Assembly: GCA_050084985.1 (NCBI GenBank)
Contig: JBITNC010000001.1
Coordinates: 81,778,001-81,842,000 of the forward strand
Direction of reading: 5' to 3'
Length of the DNA stretch: 64,000 nucleotides
From: Nageia nagi
Taxonomy: Eukaryota > Plantae > Pinophyta
In this document: positions 1-12,017 of the stretch, one piece after another
Layout: the number at the start of each line of letters is the position of its first letter
How positions within the stretch are numbered: position 1 is the stretch's first letter
Program-made: the position numbers and the translations under genes
The notes under the pieces: model-generated
Seen by the model: only the letters and a program-made list of their open reading frames with translations
What the model was told of the DNA's origin: nothing
The model's database searches: none

Positions 1-34
1 TTTATCTTAGATATTTTACCTTGTTAAAAATCCT

Positions 35-138
35 TACAAAGTGTTTGGGGGTTATGTAAATACAAAGTGTCCGGGGGTTATGTAATTACAAAGTGTTTGG
101 GAGTTGTGTAAATACAAAGTGTCCAAGGGTTGTGTAAA
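35..138 (+). repeat. 26-bp tandem repeat x4 inside 5' LTR
   Basis: Unit tacaaagtgtYYRggggttatgtaaW starts at 35, 61, 87 and 113; five copies in the 3' LTR (12052-12180). Confidence 0.9.
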
Positions 139-147
139 TATAGGTAC

Positions 148-712
148 AAGATATCAAACAAAGCCCACCAATTTTGAGCAATGATGTAATAATTTTTGGT
201 GAAAATTAGTGGGTCTCAGAACAAGCAATGGTAGGTGAATATTCACAAAGATATCAAATAGAGCCCATCAAATTTGAGTGATGATGTCATAGTTTTTGAC
301 AAAAATCAATGGGTCTCAAAACATATTATGATAGGTGAAGATTCACAAAGATATCAAATAGATACCACCAATTTTGAGTTATGATATCATAGTTTTTGGC
401 AAAAATCAGTGGGTCCTAGAATAGGTAATGGTGAGTGAAGATTCACAAAGATACAAAATAGATCCCACCAATTTTGAGTGATGATGTCATAGTTTTTGAT
501 GAAAATTAATGGGTCCTAGAATAGGTAATGGTGGGTGAAGATTCACAAAGATATCAAATAGATCCCATTAACTTTGAGTGATGACATCATAGTTTTTGGT
601 GAAAATTAGCGAGTCCCAGAATAGGCAATGGTAGGTGAAGATTCACAAAATACCAAATAGAACCCATCAATTTTGAGCAATGATTTCATAGTTTTTGAAA
701 AAAATAAATGGG
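148..712 (+). repeat. 100-bp tandem repeat (~5.6 copies) inside 5' LTR
   Basis: aagatatcaaatagagcccatcaattttgagtgatg... recurs at 148, 248, 348, 448, 548 and 648; about 4.7 copies in the 3' LTR (12190-12660). Confidence 0.9.
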
Positions 713-1827
713 TTTGTAAAGAGAAAGACCATAAATAAAGCTTAGAAAAAGGAAATGAGATCCAACAAATTGAGGTAAGAGTAATGGATAAGAAGTAACA
801 CCCAGGTCCACTTGATCTTGAGTGTTTGACTCTTGGGGTCCTGTTAATGTGTTAACTCTAACTCATTTCTACATAACAATGGTAGTTTCTTCTTGAAGTA
901 AGTTGATATATTATTCACAAATCCCCATTACTCTATTCATTCACAACTATAGTATGGATAATCAATAGTCGTAGAGAAGTAGATAGCTATCGATAGAGCA
1001 TAGTGCTAGATCATACCTATCAAATCATAGATAAGTACTCATTCAATCAGCTACAATGCCATTTTCAATCAACTATAAGGCCAAAGAAGGAGCAATCAGT
1101 GACATGTTAGAAGTATTATGGCTCTTTGGGCATGACTATTCAAAAATTACAAATTCTTATATAGTCATGTTGTTGGTACTTGTTCACTATGTCATCTAGC
1201 ATAGTCGTAGCATTTACTATGAATAGTTTTCTATGCTAGCTGCATTCAAGATATGTAATTATGTATATTAATGAGATACAACCACCCAATAATGGAGAAA
1301 AATGTATAAAAGGTAGATTTTTATAAATTAAAAAGGTATAATATTTTAACAAATTTTTCCAAGCTTGTAAGATGCTTTCACATATGATAATACAAATAGA
1401 TAATGCTTTGCACTCCTACAACAAGTGGCTATTTATTGCTTTTGTGAATGTTATATGTGAGATGTTTTCTTAAAATTATGATTGTGTATTGTGATTATGA
1501 GACCCCAAGGGTAAGATATCTTGCTATTATTTATCCTGGCTATGGATTGCTACCTATGCTACAATGCTTGGGTTGTATATTTCTTGTTTTAGTTTTACTT
1601 CAATTCTTTATCTCTTTCTTGTAACTATTTACCTTTCTATCACTTTTTTGTTACTTTAAAACTTCATAATAGATAAGAACTAACCTATAATATGAATATT
1701 GAGTACAAAACCAACATGATCGCATTCCCAACACATTCTACTCTCTCAAGGAACCTACTATTGTGGGCAATGTAGAACACGACCAGACCAAACCTCTTGA
1801 GGTTACACTATATCAATCAATAGTAGA

Positions 1828-2354
1828 AAGTTCTATTTTTGGCATGCTTGATGGGACATAAACTAAATTCCATATTTATCAAGCATATATAGGCTTGATA
1901 TCTATATTTTGTGGGTTATAAATTAAATCCTTTAAATATTATAAGGTTCTTTTAACTTTATTGGTGACTTTGCTATCAACCAATTAACATTTTGAACCCT
2001 AGCAAGTTCCATTTTTGGCATGCTCAATGGGAGATGAACTAAATTCCATATTTAATAGGCATATATAGGACTAATAGTCATTTTTTATGGGCTATCAATT
2101 ACATATTTCAAATATTATAAGGTTTTTTTAACCATATTGGTGACTCTGCTATCAACCAGTCAACATTTTAAACCCTAAAAAGTTCCATTTTTGGCATGCC
2201 TAGTGGGACATTAACTAAATTCCATATTTAAGGGCATAGATAGGCTTGATAACCATGTTTTTTGGGATATAAATTACTTCCTTCAAATATTATAATGCTC
2301 TTTTAACCATATTGGTGACTCTACTATCAACCAATTAACATTTTGAACCCTAGC
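1828..2354 (+). repeat. 176-bp tandem repeat x3 carrying tRNA-Arg PBS-like motifs and LTR-terminus copies
   Basis: TGGCATGCYYRRTGGGAS at 1840, 2016 and 2192; TGGTGACTYTRCT at 1962, 2138 and 2313; accagtcaaca at 2155-2165 is identical to the 3' LTR end (13752-13762). Confidence 0.88.
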
Positions 2355-2604
2355 ACCTCCACAACGTAGACTTACTAGAAGTAGTGCCATAAATTCTCTT
2401 AAATAGCTTAGATTCCAAGAGTTGTTAATTCTTCATAGGAGGACCAAATGAAAGACCTTTTAGATTGTATCCTTTATAGTCCCCTTAAGGGTAATCCTAC
2501 TATTAGCATTATTTGATTCAACCTTAGAGAATCTTTCACCTCCTACCTTTACTCCAAATATGGCTTAGCCAACAAACTTTCTTTCTTGGAATAATGGTCA
2601 TCCT

Positions 2605-3545
2605 TTGGTTGTTGCTGCTATTTTCCTTGCTATATATCAAGCAGCTTTTAAAGTTATACATAAGTATGATGGATCTAACAAAATACCATATGAACATTAT
2701 CAAGATGTATCTTTTTTGGCTTCAAGCTTTGATATCACTGATAAAACTATGATGATTAGATTATTATCACACTCTTTTGAAGTCAAAGTAGTTAAATGGT
2801 TCAGAACTCTCACCCCCCAATTTATAAATTCATGGGGAGAGTTATGTTATGCTTTAATTAAAATATTTATTATAGATGGAGATGATAGCATGTTTCTTAG
2901 TCTTATAGCATGTATCAAAAGACATCCTCATGAGTCCATTAATGATTTCAATATAAAATTTGAGAGAACATGGAAATCTATACTGGTAAGGATTAGACCA
3001 ACAAGTGCATAAGCTTTGGTGTATTATAGGAAGACCTTTCTCCCAAGCCTTAATATGCTTACTATTAAGTTAGGAGATAGCTTCTCAAATGTTTACCAAA
3101 TACCAAAAACTTCTAAGCATACTTTGGTATCCTCTGGAAAGATGTAGCCTAAAACCATTATGCCCTTGTTTCTTAATTTACCTCCTAAATAAGATCTATA
3201 AATTGCTCATCCTAGAGTTTTAGCCTTACCACCTCCTCCCAAACCTATTGTTCAAAATTAGTTACCAGCATTACCTACTCTTACATTCACTAGTACTAGT
3301 ACTAATCTTAAATCTCAAGAAGAGGAAAGAATAAGCTAATTGGAGGTAACTATCAAAAATCTCACCAACAAGCTCACTTTGTAAGAAAGGTATAATCAAG
3401 GTTTTAATTATAAAATATATGATAATCAATACCAACCTAGATTCCATCCTAAGGTGAACCAGCCAAAATAGTCAAACATTTCCAAAATAATTGAGAATGC
3501 TATCATGACTAGTTTTGTAGAAAGTGTTGCTCTAAGCATTATGGA
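2605..3545 (+). pseudogene. gag: Retrotransposon gag, disrupted
   Basis: MIRLLSHSF..VVKWFRTL...INSWGEL and IKRHPHESINDFNIKF match the retrotransposon gag pattern; stops after 3012. Confidence 0.8.
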
Positions 3546-3749
3546 ATCGTGTTCACCATGCTCAGCTACTTATTTTCCATATTCATATGTGATTTATCAA
3601 CATCAATGACTATGTTTGATGCATTAAAGATACCAAGTCAATTACATCTTTTGCAAGAAGCTTTGAAATTAAGAAATAATAAGAAGAGGGTAAATGAAAT
3701 AAATTCTATATTTACAATATCTAATGATGTCCCTCTAGTTCCATTAGGT

Positions 3750-4135
3750 ATAAGAATACCTCCACCATTCTATTTATCCCTAAGATTAGAAGGTTGGGTA
3801 GTGAATAATTGTATGATAGATACCAAAGCTATGATAAGTATAATCCCTAAAGTTGTTGCAAATGAAATAAAATTGTATATTACAAGATGTATTTATGGTG
3901 TCATATAATTAGATTCTTCCTCTATAGATGTTTTTGGTAGTGTTAAAGGATTCCCTGTAACTTTAAATGCTTTACCTGATATTTGTGTTATTCAAGATAT
4001 CATTGTGGTAGATCTTCCACCTTTGTTTGGAATATGTCTTTCTAGAGAATTTACTACTAAATTGGAGGGTAATTAGCTTTAGACTATACTCATTTTTTAC
4101 TTCCCTTCTAAGACAAACAAGTAAAAATTCTAAAT
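3750..4135 (+). pseudogene. Aspartic protease domain of pol, disrupted
   Basis: PPFYLSL...NNCMIDTKA is a degenerate form of the D(S/T)GA active-site context. Confidence 0.75.
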
Positions 4136-4364
4136 GAGGGCACTAAAAGTGTTCATCTTAAGAAGATCACAAAAAAAAAACTCTATGAATGGTCCTCAAC
4201 TTGTGGAAATATTTTAAAAGGACACACTTAGAGAATCACTACTGATAACTAAATTATTTTTAGAAAATAATTTAAATTATCAAGCCATAGATGCTAGCAT
4301 GGGTAATTATTATTTATATGAAGATACTTAGTCAATCTTAGTCATAGCTAAAAAAGAACATGAG

Positions 4365-4760
4365 ATATGGATAATGTACTTTGATGAATCTAGATGTAAG
4401 CATGGATGTGTAGCTAGAGTTGTATTCAAGTCTCTAGAAAGACATATGAAAATATTCTCCTTCATATTCACATGGATTTGTACAAATAATGTTGCTGAAT
4501 ATGAAGCCCTCTATTTAGGGTTATCAGAAGCAATTAGTATAGGTATTCGATGCCTAATTATCCATGGTGATTTAGAATTGGTTATAAAGTAGGTTAGAAA
4601 CCAGATTAGTGCAAAACATAATTATCTAGATACTTACAAGAATAGAGTTTGGGATTTATTGGATTCATTCTTGGCTATCAATTTTATATCTATTCTTAGA
4701 AGGTACAACCAAATAGTTAATGCACTTACTAGGAAAGGGGCTCAATATAATCCTATCCAT
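4365..4760 (+). pseudogene. Additional (archaeal-type) RNase H domain, aRH
   Basis: WIMYFDES...CTNNVAEYEALYLGL...IHGDLELVIK is the typical aRH motif set, located upstream of RT. Confidence 0.85.
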
Positions 4761-5079
4761 TATAAAAGAAGAGCTCTTGAAGTCAAAGTTCACTATAGGC
4801 CTTTAGGAGCTCTTGGATCACACTTTTGGTATTTAAGAATTGTTTAATTATTTTCAAGAATTATATGTTATTCAACTAAGAAATAGTATTATACCAAAAG
4901 GACTACTCTCTTTTGAAAGACTATTTGATTCAGAAGATGTTCAAAAGACTAAATTTTTGGCCATCTAGAAGGAGAATTGTGTTAAGCTAGAAATAGAACT
5001 TGGTAAATATATCAAATTTAGTTTAGATTAAGAAATATTTATTATGTATCAAATTTATCATAAGTTTTCCAAAGTAATT

Positions 5080-6330
5080 TCCTGTACTTATGATGATCTT
5101 AAGATATATGATAAGAGTGTCATCCAACACACAATTGAGCTTTAACCAAATGCCAAACCATATAGGTGAAAATAAAGACTAGTCAACCCAAAAATAGAGC
5201 AAGCTATAAAACAAGAATTGATCAAGCTACTTGATTCAAAAATTATTTATCCTAGCAAGTACTCTTCTTGGGTTGCAAATCTAGTTCCTATTAGAAAGAA
5301 AAGTGGAGAAATCAGACTATGTGTTGATTTCAAAAATTTGAATCAAGTATCTCTTAAAGATAATTATCCTCTCCCGCCTATGGAGTATATTCTGCATACA
5401 ATAGTTAGAGCTTGCTATTTTTCAATGATTCATAGTTTTTTAGGATTTAACCAAATCTAGGTGAAAGATGAGGATCAATACAAAATTGCATTTACAAAAA
5501 AATGGGGGACATTTTCCTTTCAAAGAATGCCTTTTGGTCTTTCTAATGCAAGAGCTACTTTTCAAAGAGCAAGGGATCATGCATTTGGTGAACTAATAAA
5601 TAAGATTATACTGGTCTATCTGGATGATATCATAATGTTCTCTAGAAGTAGAAAGGATCATCGGATCATCTAAAATAAATTTTTGAAAGATGCATAAAAT
5701 TTGACATTTCAATAAATCCAAAAAAATAAGTTTTTATGGTTAATCAAGGAAAATTACTTGGACACATTATTTCAAAGGAGGGATTAGCAATGGATCTATA
5801 TAGAGTAAAATCTATTGAAGCATTGCCTCTCCCTTCCAACAAGAGAGACTTGTAATCATTCCTTGGTTAGATTAATTTTATTAGAAAATTTATTAATGAT
5901 TTTTCAGAAATTATCTCTCCAATCACTTCAATGCTAAAAAAAGATGTTGTATTATCTTGTTCAAGTGAAGCAAAAATAGCCTTTCATCATGTATGCATAT
6001 GGAGTAGATAGGAGCATTGTTTTAATTCTAGCATAGAAAGATGATAACAAAGAGGAACATCCCATTACCTTTCATAGCCAAACACTGCATCAACACTAAC
6101 AAAGGTACTCATTTATTGAAAAGCAAGTGTTTTCCATAATGAAGATACTTCAAGCATTATGTCTCCCACAATAAAATCCTTGCATTTACTATCCATCCAG
6201 ATGTAAGAAATTATATTATACAAGGAGATATAGGTGAAGGAAAAGCTGATTGAATTACTAAAATAATGGAATATGATATAAAAATTAAGCCAACCAAGCT
6301 GATCAGAGATAGAGCTTTCTATGAAAATAT
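5080..6330 (+). pseudogene. Reverse transcriptase and RNase H of pol, disrupted
   Basis: SSWVANLVPIRKKSGEIRLCVDFKNLN, RMPFGLSNA, VYLDD and LGHIISKEG; an apparent internal deletion near 5995 removes the start of RH. Confidence 0.9.
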
Positions 6331-6389
6331 AGCTTAAGATTCACATATGATTGTTGTTATAAAGGATGAACAACAACTCAATGAAGAAA

Positions 6390-7620
6390 TTGATTGGATT
6401 AAGTAAATTACTTTTTACTTTCAAACTAGTAAATGTCCTCAAGTTGTAGACAAATTTCAAAAGAGATTCAAGTTGCATGCCTTCAAGTTTATGATGATAG
6501 GTGATCAACTATATAGAAAAAATTTTGATCAAATCTTATTAATATGTGTAACTCATGATGAATCCCAAAGAATATTACATGAATTTCATTATGGATTCTC
6601 TACCAGGCATTACAGTGGACTAACTATAGTACCAAAAGTATTACAAGTTGGATATTATTGGCCCACTATATTTCAATATTACCTGAGAGTGTGATAAATG
6701 CAATAGATTTGTGAGAAAGAGAATACAAGCTACCATGCCTCTTAAACCTATGGTAGTTGAGAAACCCTTCCAAAAATGGGGTATGGACTTCATTGGTATA
6801 GGTAAGCCATAAGTTCATTTTGATTGCAACAAACTACTTCACTAGATGGTCAAAAGTTATGCTGTGTAAGAATGCAAATCAAGAAGCAGTGATAGAAATG
6901 ATTAAGAGAATAATCACTCACTTTGGAATCCCAAAGATTGTTGTCTTAGATAATAATTTAGCATTTATTAGAGGTAACTTATCAATATTTGTTGTTGAAT
7001 ATGGGATATACTAGTTATTCTCTTCAAATTATTACTTACAAGGTAATGGGTTGGTTGAATCAACTAATAAGAACTTAACCTTGATCATCAAAAGAATAAT
7101 TAAAGGGAATTCTAGACAATAGCACACACAATTGGACTTTGCATTATATTTAGATAGAATCAATATTAAATTAGCAATCAAGACATCCCCATATGCACTA
7201 GTATATGGTAAAAGACCTATGTTACCTATACATATTGAGTTATCGGTATTGAGAGTCCTACAAGAAATGGAGGAACATAACTTTGAGCCACTACAATCTA
7301 GGTATAATCAGCTCTTGAAATTGGAGGAAGATCAGAACAAAGTTTATGAGTCATTTTAACATTGTCAGCATATTACCAAGAAATGGTTTAATAAAAAAAA
7401 GTCTTCTTTGGTGAAGTTTCAACCAAGTGACATAGTCCTCAACTCGGATGAGGAAAGAGCAAAGCTTGAAAGACACCAAAAATTTGATTCTCTTTGGAGC
7501 GAGCCTTATATCATCACTCAAGCCATGCAAAGTAATGCATTTGCAAGACATCATTAGGTCCTAGGAATTACCTATTCCTATTAATTGGATCTATATAAAA
7601 CATTATCAAGCAATAAAGTG
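6390..7620 (+). pseudogene. Integrase, disrupted
   Basis: H..H zinc-finger region with GYYWPT, then PFQKWGMDFIG, YLQGNGLVESTNK and TSPYALVYG. Confidence 0.88.
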
Positions 7621-8150
7621 ATTTTGTAACACCCACCACATGTTGTAAAGTGTAGACACTTAAAAAAATATTATTATTATATCTTCTAGGCATAATTACC
7701 AAAAAGTAGGTAGCCGTTAATGCTTAGTATTAAATCAACATAATCTAGAGCTAATTCTAGTGCATTGTTTGATCGTTGAATAAATAGGGAAGCATTTAAG
7801 GAAAGATTTCCTTGGATTCCATAAACTATCGCATGGGTTCCACAAATTAAGTCGAGCACACTCTGAGTCGACTCATCCAATTTATGCTAGCTCAATCCAT
7901 ACAATGCATGGATCTTGACATCCTCAACATTAATTACCATTAATAGAGGCCTCATAAACCTTGGATGAATAAAACTCCCGCATACCCTCTAACTCAACAC
8001 AGCCATTTTCGAGCATATGAGTTTCCAAAGCATTTAGAGCTTATAGATTCTAGAGCTAAATAGAGTGAGAAGACATAGAGTTGCGGAGCTTACACAAAGT
8101 GATTATGATCTCAAATACAAACTAAAGGTTCTAAAAAGATTGTTGACACT

Positions 8151-11100
8151 ATGGCAACTTCCCAATCTTCATCTATAGCTAAAATAGAGCAAGTCAATAC
8201 TAACCTAATAACCATGCAAGAAGAGTATCTAGAGAATGCTCCAGGAGTAAACTAGATTGAAATGGGAGTGATGAATCACATTGATACATGGAGAGTCAAC
8301 CCCAATTGCATTCTTTTGCAACACATGACACTTGAAGTTGCCAAAAAAGCAAAATCAATAGCACATTCAAAGAATGATGTTGTGATTGACTAGGGCCTAG
8401 CCTATTATGTGCCCTATGAATCATTTACTTACCTTGACTTATTGTATTTAATGGTACATAAACATAACTAGCATGGTTATCAGATAGGAATGTTCAAGAA
8501 CCTAGAGGAGGGAGATGAGTTTGAAGCAATACTAGACTACTCCTCTAACTCTATTGTCCAAGCATTTATTTTCCTAGCTGATTAGACTTTCCATGTAAAA
8601 AAATAAATTGATTTAAAAAGAGAGAAGAATGACTTCTATGCTAACAAAGAAGAAATGATAAATTAGATTAGCAAAAGATATCAAGATCACAGAGTGAAGC
8701 AACTATGCACAAGCTATGAGATAGCCCTATTTGAAAGGAAAATGAATAGAGAAGTGTTGTAGGCACTGGTAGTTATTCTAGGAAAGAAAACCCAAATTGA
8801 AGCAGATGAAGCCATGGTACATATGGCTTATAATATCATAGAGGCTCATGTCTGCTATGACTTTTCAACTTTCATTGCTAATGAGATAGAGAGATGTATG
8901 TTTAAAATTGAAAAATTAAACTTTAGATATTCTTCATATATTTGGTGGCTCTTGGCCCATCAAAATCTTGACAAACTTATAGAGGTGAGGTTGCCAGTTT
9001 AGCTAGTAGATCCTAAAGCTAGACGAATGCCAATTGACTTGATTGTTCTAGTTTTGAGTAAGTTGCATGGATTGTACAATGAGTTCATGAGTAAATTCTA
9101 TGCTACAATAGTGCAAATTTTGATCGAAATACTCCCTAGTATACTGCATAAAAATACAATGTGGGAGCTACTGGAGGAAACAAAGTCATTGACTAGTACT
9201 TCCTAAAAGATTGCACTATGATAATGAGGTATGGGTATTTTGAAAACCCCTTTTTCTTACCCAAGTATGTTACCCCTCAATTGTATTCAATAGATATGGA
9301 AAGGCAAATTTGTGCCATTGAGACCAAATATGGGTCTAGGGGTAGTTTTAAATCTATTATAGATATATCAACTTCTACTAAAAATTTCACTTTTTTAGAA
9401 GTAGGTTGTAAAGATAGCATAACAGAATTCCTTATATAGAATTTCAAATTAGATATGGAAAACATTCCATGCATGTATGACCCTTCAAGAGAAATGAATA
9501 AAGTAATAAGGTCAAGTAAGGAGCATCCAGCCTTTACCCATGAGCATAGACCTCATGTGGAATATTTTGTAAATAAAACTGAGTAAGAACCAGAAATGTA
9601 CCCTGATTAGGAGTTCACACCTCTAAACAAGGCTTGGATGGCCCTTGAGGGAATAAAAAAATACAAGAACTAGGAAAATAAGAGGCAAGATTTTGCCCTC
9701 AACCCAAAAATACTTGCATAGTTAACATGTTTTGGGTGGGGTCCCAATAAAATCCATTCTTTTACAAAATTTAGATTTGAGTATACAATAAAGATCCATC
9801 ACATCAAGATTGAATTATTTAAAAAATTCAAAAATTACAAGTTTTGGGAGGTTGAATATGTTAAAGACCCTTTTTCAAAATTAGGCCAACCTCTTCCTCC
9901 AAATTTTTAAAGAAAATTTGTCACAGGGGTGAGGTGACCATATATTGGACAACCATCTAGCTCAATAGAGCTTGTAAAGAAGGAAGAACAAAATCCCTTA
10001 GATACTACCACCACTTTTTGAGAGTCTTCTCCAAAAAAGAGAACCGCACCACTCAGCCATGATCACAAAGGATTACGCCTCCACCTCCAAAAATCATAGA
10101 AGAAACTATAGAGGTTGTGGAAAAAGAGGTAAAAAAATTTGATATAGAGGAATTACAAGAGCCTCAATATGTAAACATTGGTGTCCCATTGGTGTCCAAT
10201 AAGAAGTATTAGCACAATAAGAAACCCTAGAAAAGGAATGCATGTAATTTCAATAATGTGAGGGGAATGTACTTGGAGATAGTAGATCTGCAACAGCTAC
10301 ACCTGAAGGTGGATCAGGAAATGATGATGATGATGATGATGAATCTAGAAGGAAAAGAGACTCCAACCCAATGGATAAAAATGATGATGATGATAAGATC
10401 ATGAAGGAGGTAGAGAAAGAGATACAAATTCAAGATCTTACACCTCCCAAGTAATTAGAATCCACATAATAGGTCATGGCATCTACCTCAGGTGAAATTA
10501 CTTCTTCCCATTCTTTAATTTCTATAGCCTCCTAGGAGGAGATTAAATTCATTTTTTCTACCCAAATTGTAAAGCCCATTTATTGGACAACTTTTGTTAA
10601 TAAAACTCATGTGCTCCCTAAGCAACAATCAAGAATTTTGAGTAAAGTGATAGAAATGGGAGATCTTAAAGTAGCATAGATGTCTTTCAAAGAAGGACAC
10701 TTGGATACTGCTCCCATAGTAATAATTGATTTAAATATACAAAGTGTGATAATTGACCAATTCAAATTCCTTGTAAATACTTCAATGGCAATTGGTAAAA
10801 GTTTTAGATAATAGAGACTAAGATAGAGAAAATAAATAAAAAATCGATCAATTTAAAAAAGACTGCTACCTTAAAGATAAAATAATGGTTAGGTTTTAGA
10901 ATAAAAATAAAGACTTGATAGCAAAGCTTGATAAGTAGAAGTCAAAATTTGAAAAAAGCTTGACAATAGCAAAGGCTGAGTTAGACGGTGCCAATCAAAT
11001 AATAAAAGATCTTAAAGCTCAAGCTATAGTCATAGATGCCCAAAAGGTCAACCAAGTTGAGGCTGAGCTACAAACTATCATTGCTACTAATAAAGTATTA

Positions 11101-11760
11101 TTTGATGATAATTCAAAATTATTGCTACTCATAAAAGATTTTAGAAAATCATTAGTAGAGCAAGTTGGAGACAAAATGATGGCATTATCACACTTGCATA
11201 TGTTAAAATAATAGGCACTCCAAGCAATTAAGTAATTCAACACACAAATTACTTTCCATCTGATAACTCTAAATATTTTGAGGTCAATTTTAGAAAAAAT
11301 GCAGAGCTAGTTAAGAGTTATGACTAAGAAGGACATAGCGGCCATTACTCCTAGACCCAAAAAATTGTATTTAAGAAGAATTCAAGATATATGCGAACTC
11401 CAAAATTTAGTGTTCAACATGGACATTGGTAAACACCAACTCATAATAGAGCTAGGATTCATTAATAAATTCTTTAATTCTTTGATTGAGATGAAAGCTC
11501 CCAAATTATGGGAAGAACAAAATGTAATAGAGTAGTGTTGTCAATTGGATAGCCAATACATTCAATTCCTTGAGCAAACCTTTTTTGAGAAGTAAATCTT
11601 AAATTTACAATGAATAAATGACCTCATTTAAGAGGCAATTACAAGGTTCCTGCATGTTGGGAGGTTACAGAATGTTTTGACAAGATTCAGAGCACCTACT
11701 ATAAAGATTCAAGCATCCTCTATTCTATCCCAAATCTACATTTGAACAAGATACTAGAAG
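8151..11760 (+). pseudogene. Extra ORF of unknown function between integrase and 3' LTR, degenerate (about 1200 codons)
   Basis: ATG at 8151 is in frame with ORF 8814-9002; coding-like fragments continue at 9218, 10960 and 11320, with an acidic (GAT)n tract at about 10320-10395 and a heptad-like C-terminal segment. End position approximate. Confidence 0.65.
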
Positions 11761-12017
11761 TAGCAATTAGTGGGTCCTATTCTCCAGTAGGTGGAGACCC
11801 CAAAGAGTTGCCATAAGATTGTATTCCTTTAGAGTCACACTCTAAGTTGTGGTAGTACAATATCATTCTTTTATTATTTTTATAAATTCTTTCTATTCTA
11901 ATTCTATCCCTTTTGACATAAAAATTTTCTTTGCTATGGGCTCTTAATCTAAAGAATTTTGAGAGTTATTAAAAATCAATTATTGTATATATAATCTGGC
12001 TATTATATAAGCAAGTC

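Larger units (their letters stand above)
1..1822 (+). repeat. 5' LTR (partial, starts before window)
   Basis: Position 1 aligns with 12018; homology ends at ...tatcaatcaata (1822) versus ...taccagtcaaca (13762). Confidence 0.9.

Noticed and set aside
148-712. 100-bp periodic array as a CRISPR-like locus
   Set aside because: Whole units repeat with no unique spacers, there are no cas genes, and it is part of a eukaryotic LTR.
11700-12017. Exact 3' LTR start and PPT of the Tat element
   Set aside because: The matching part of the 5' LTR is outside the window and no clear PPT-TG junction is visible.
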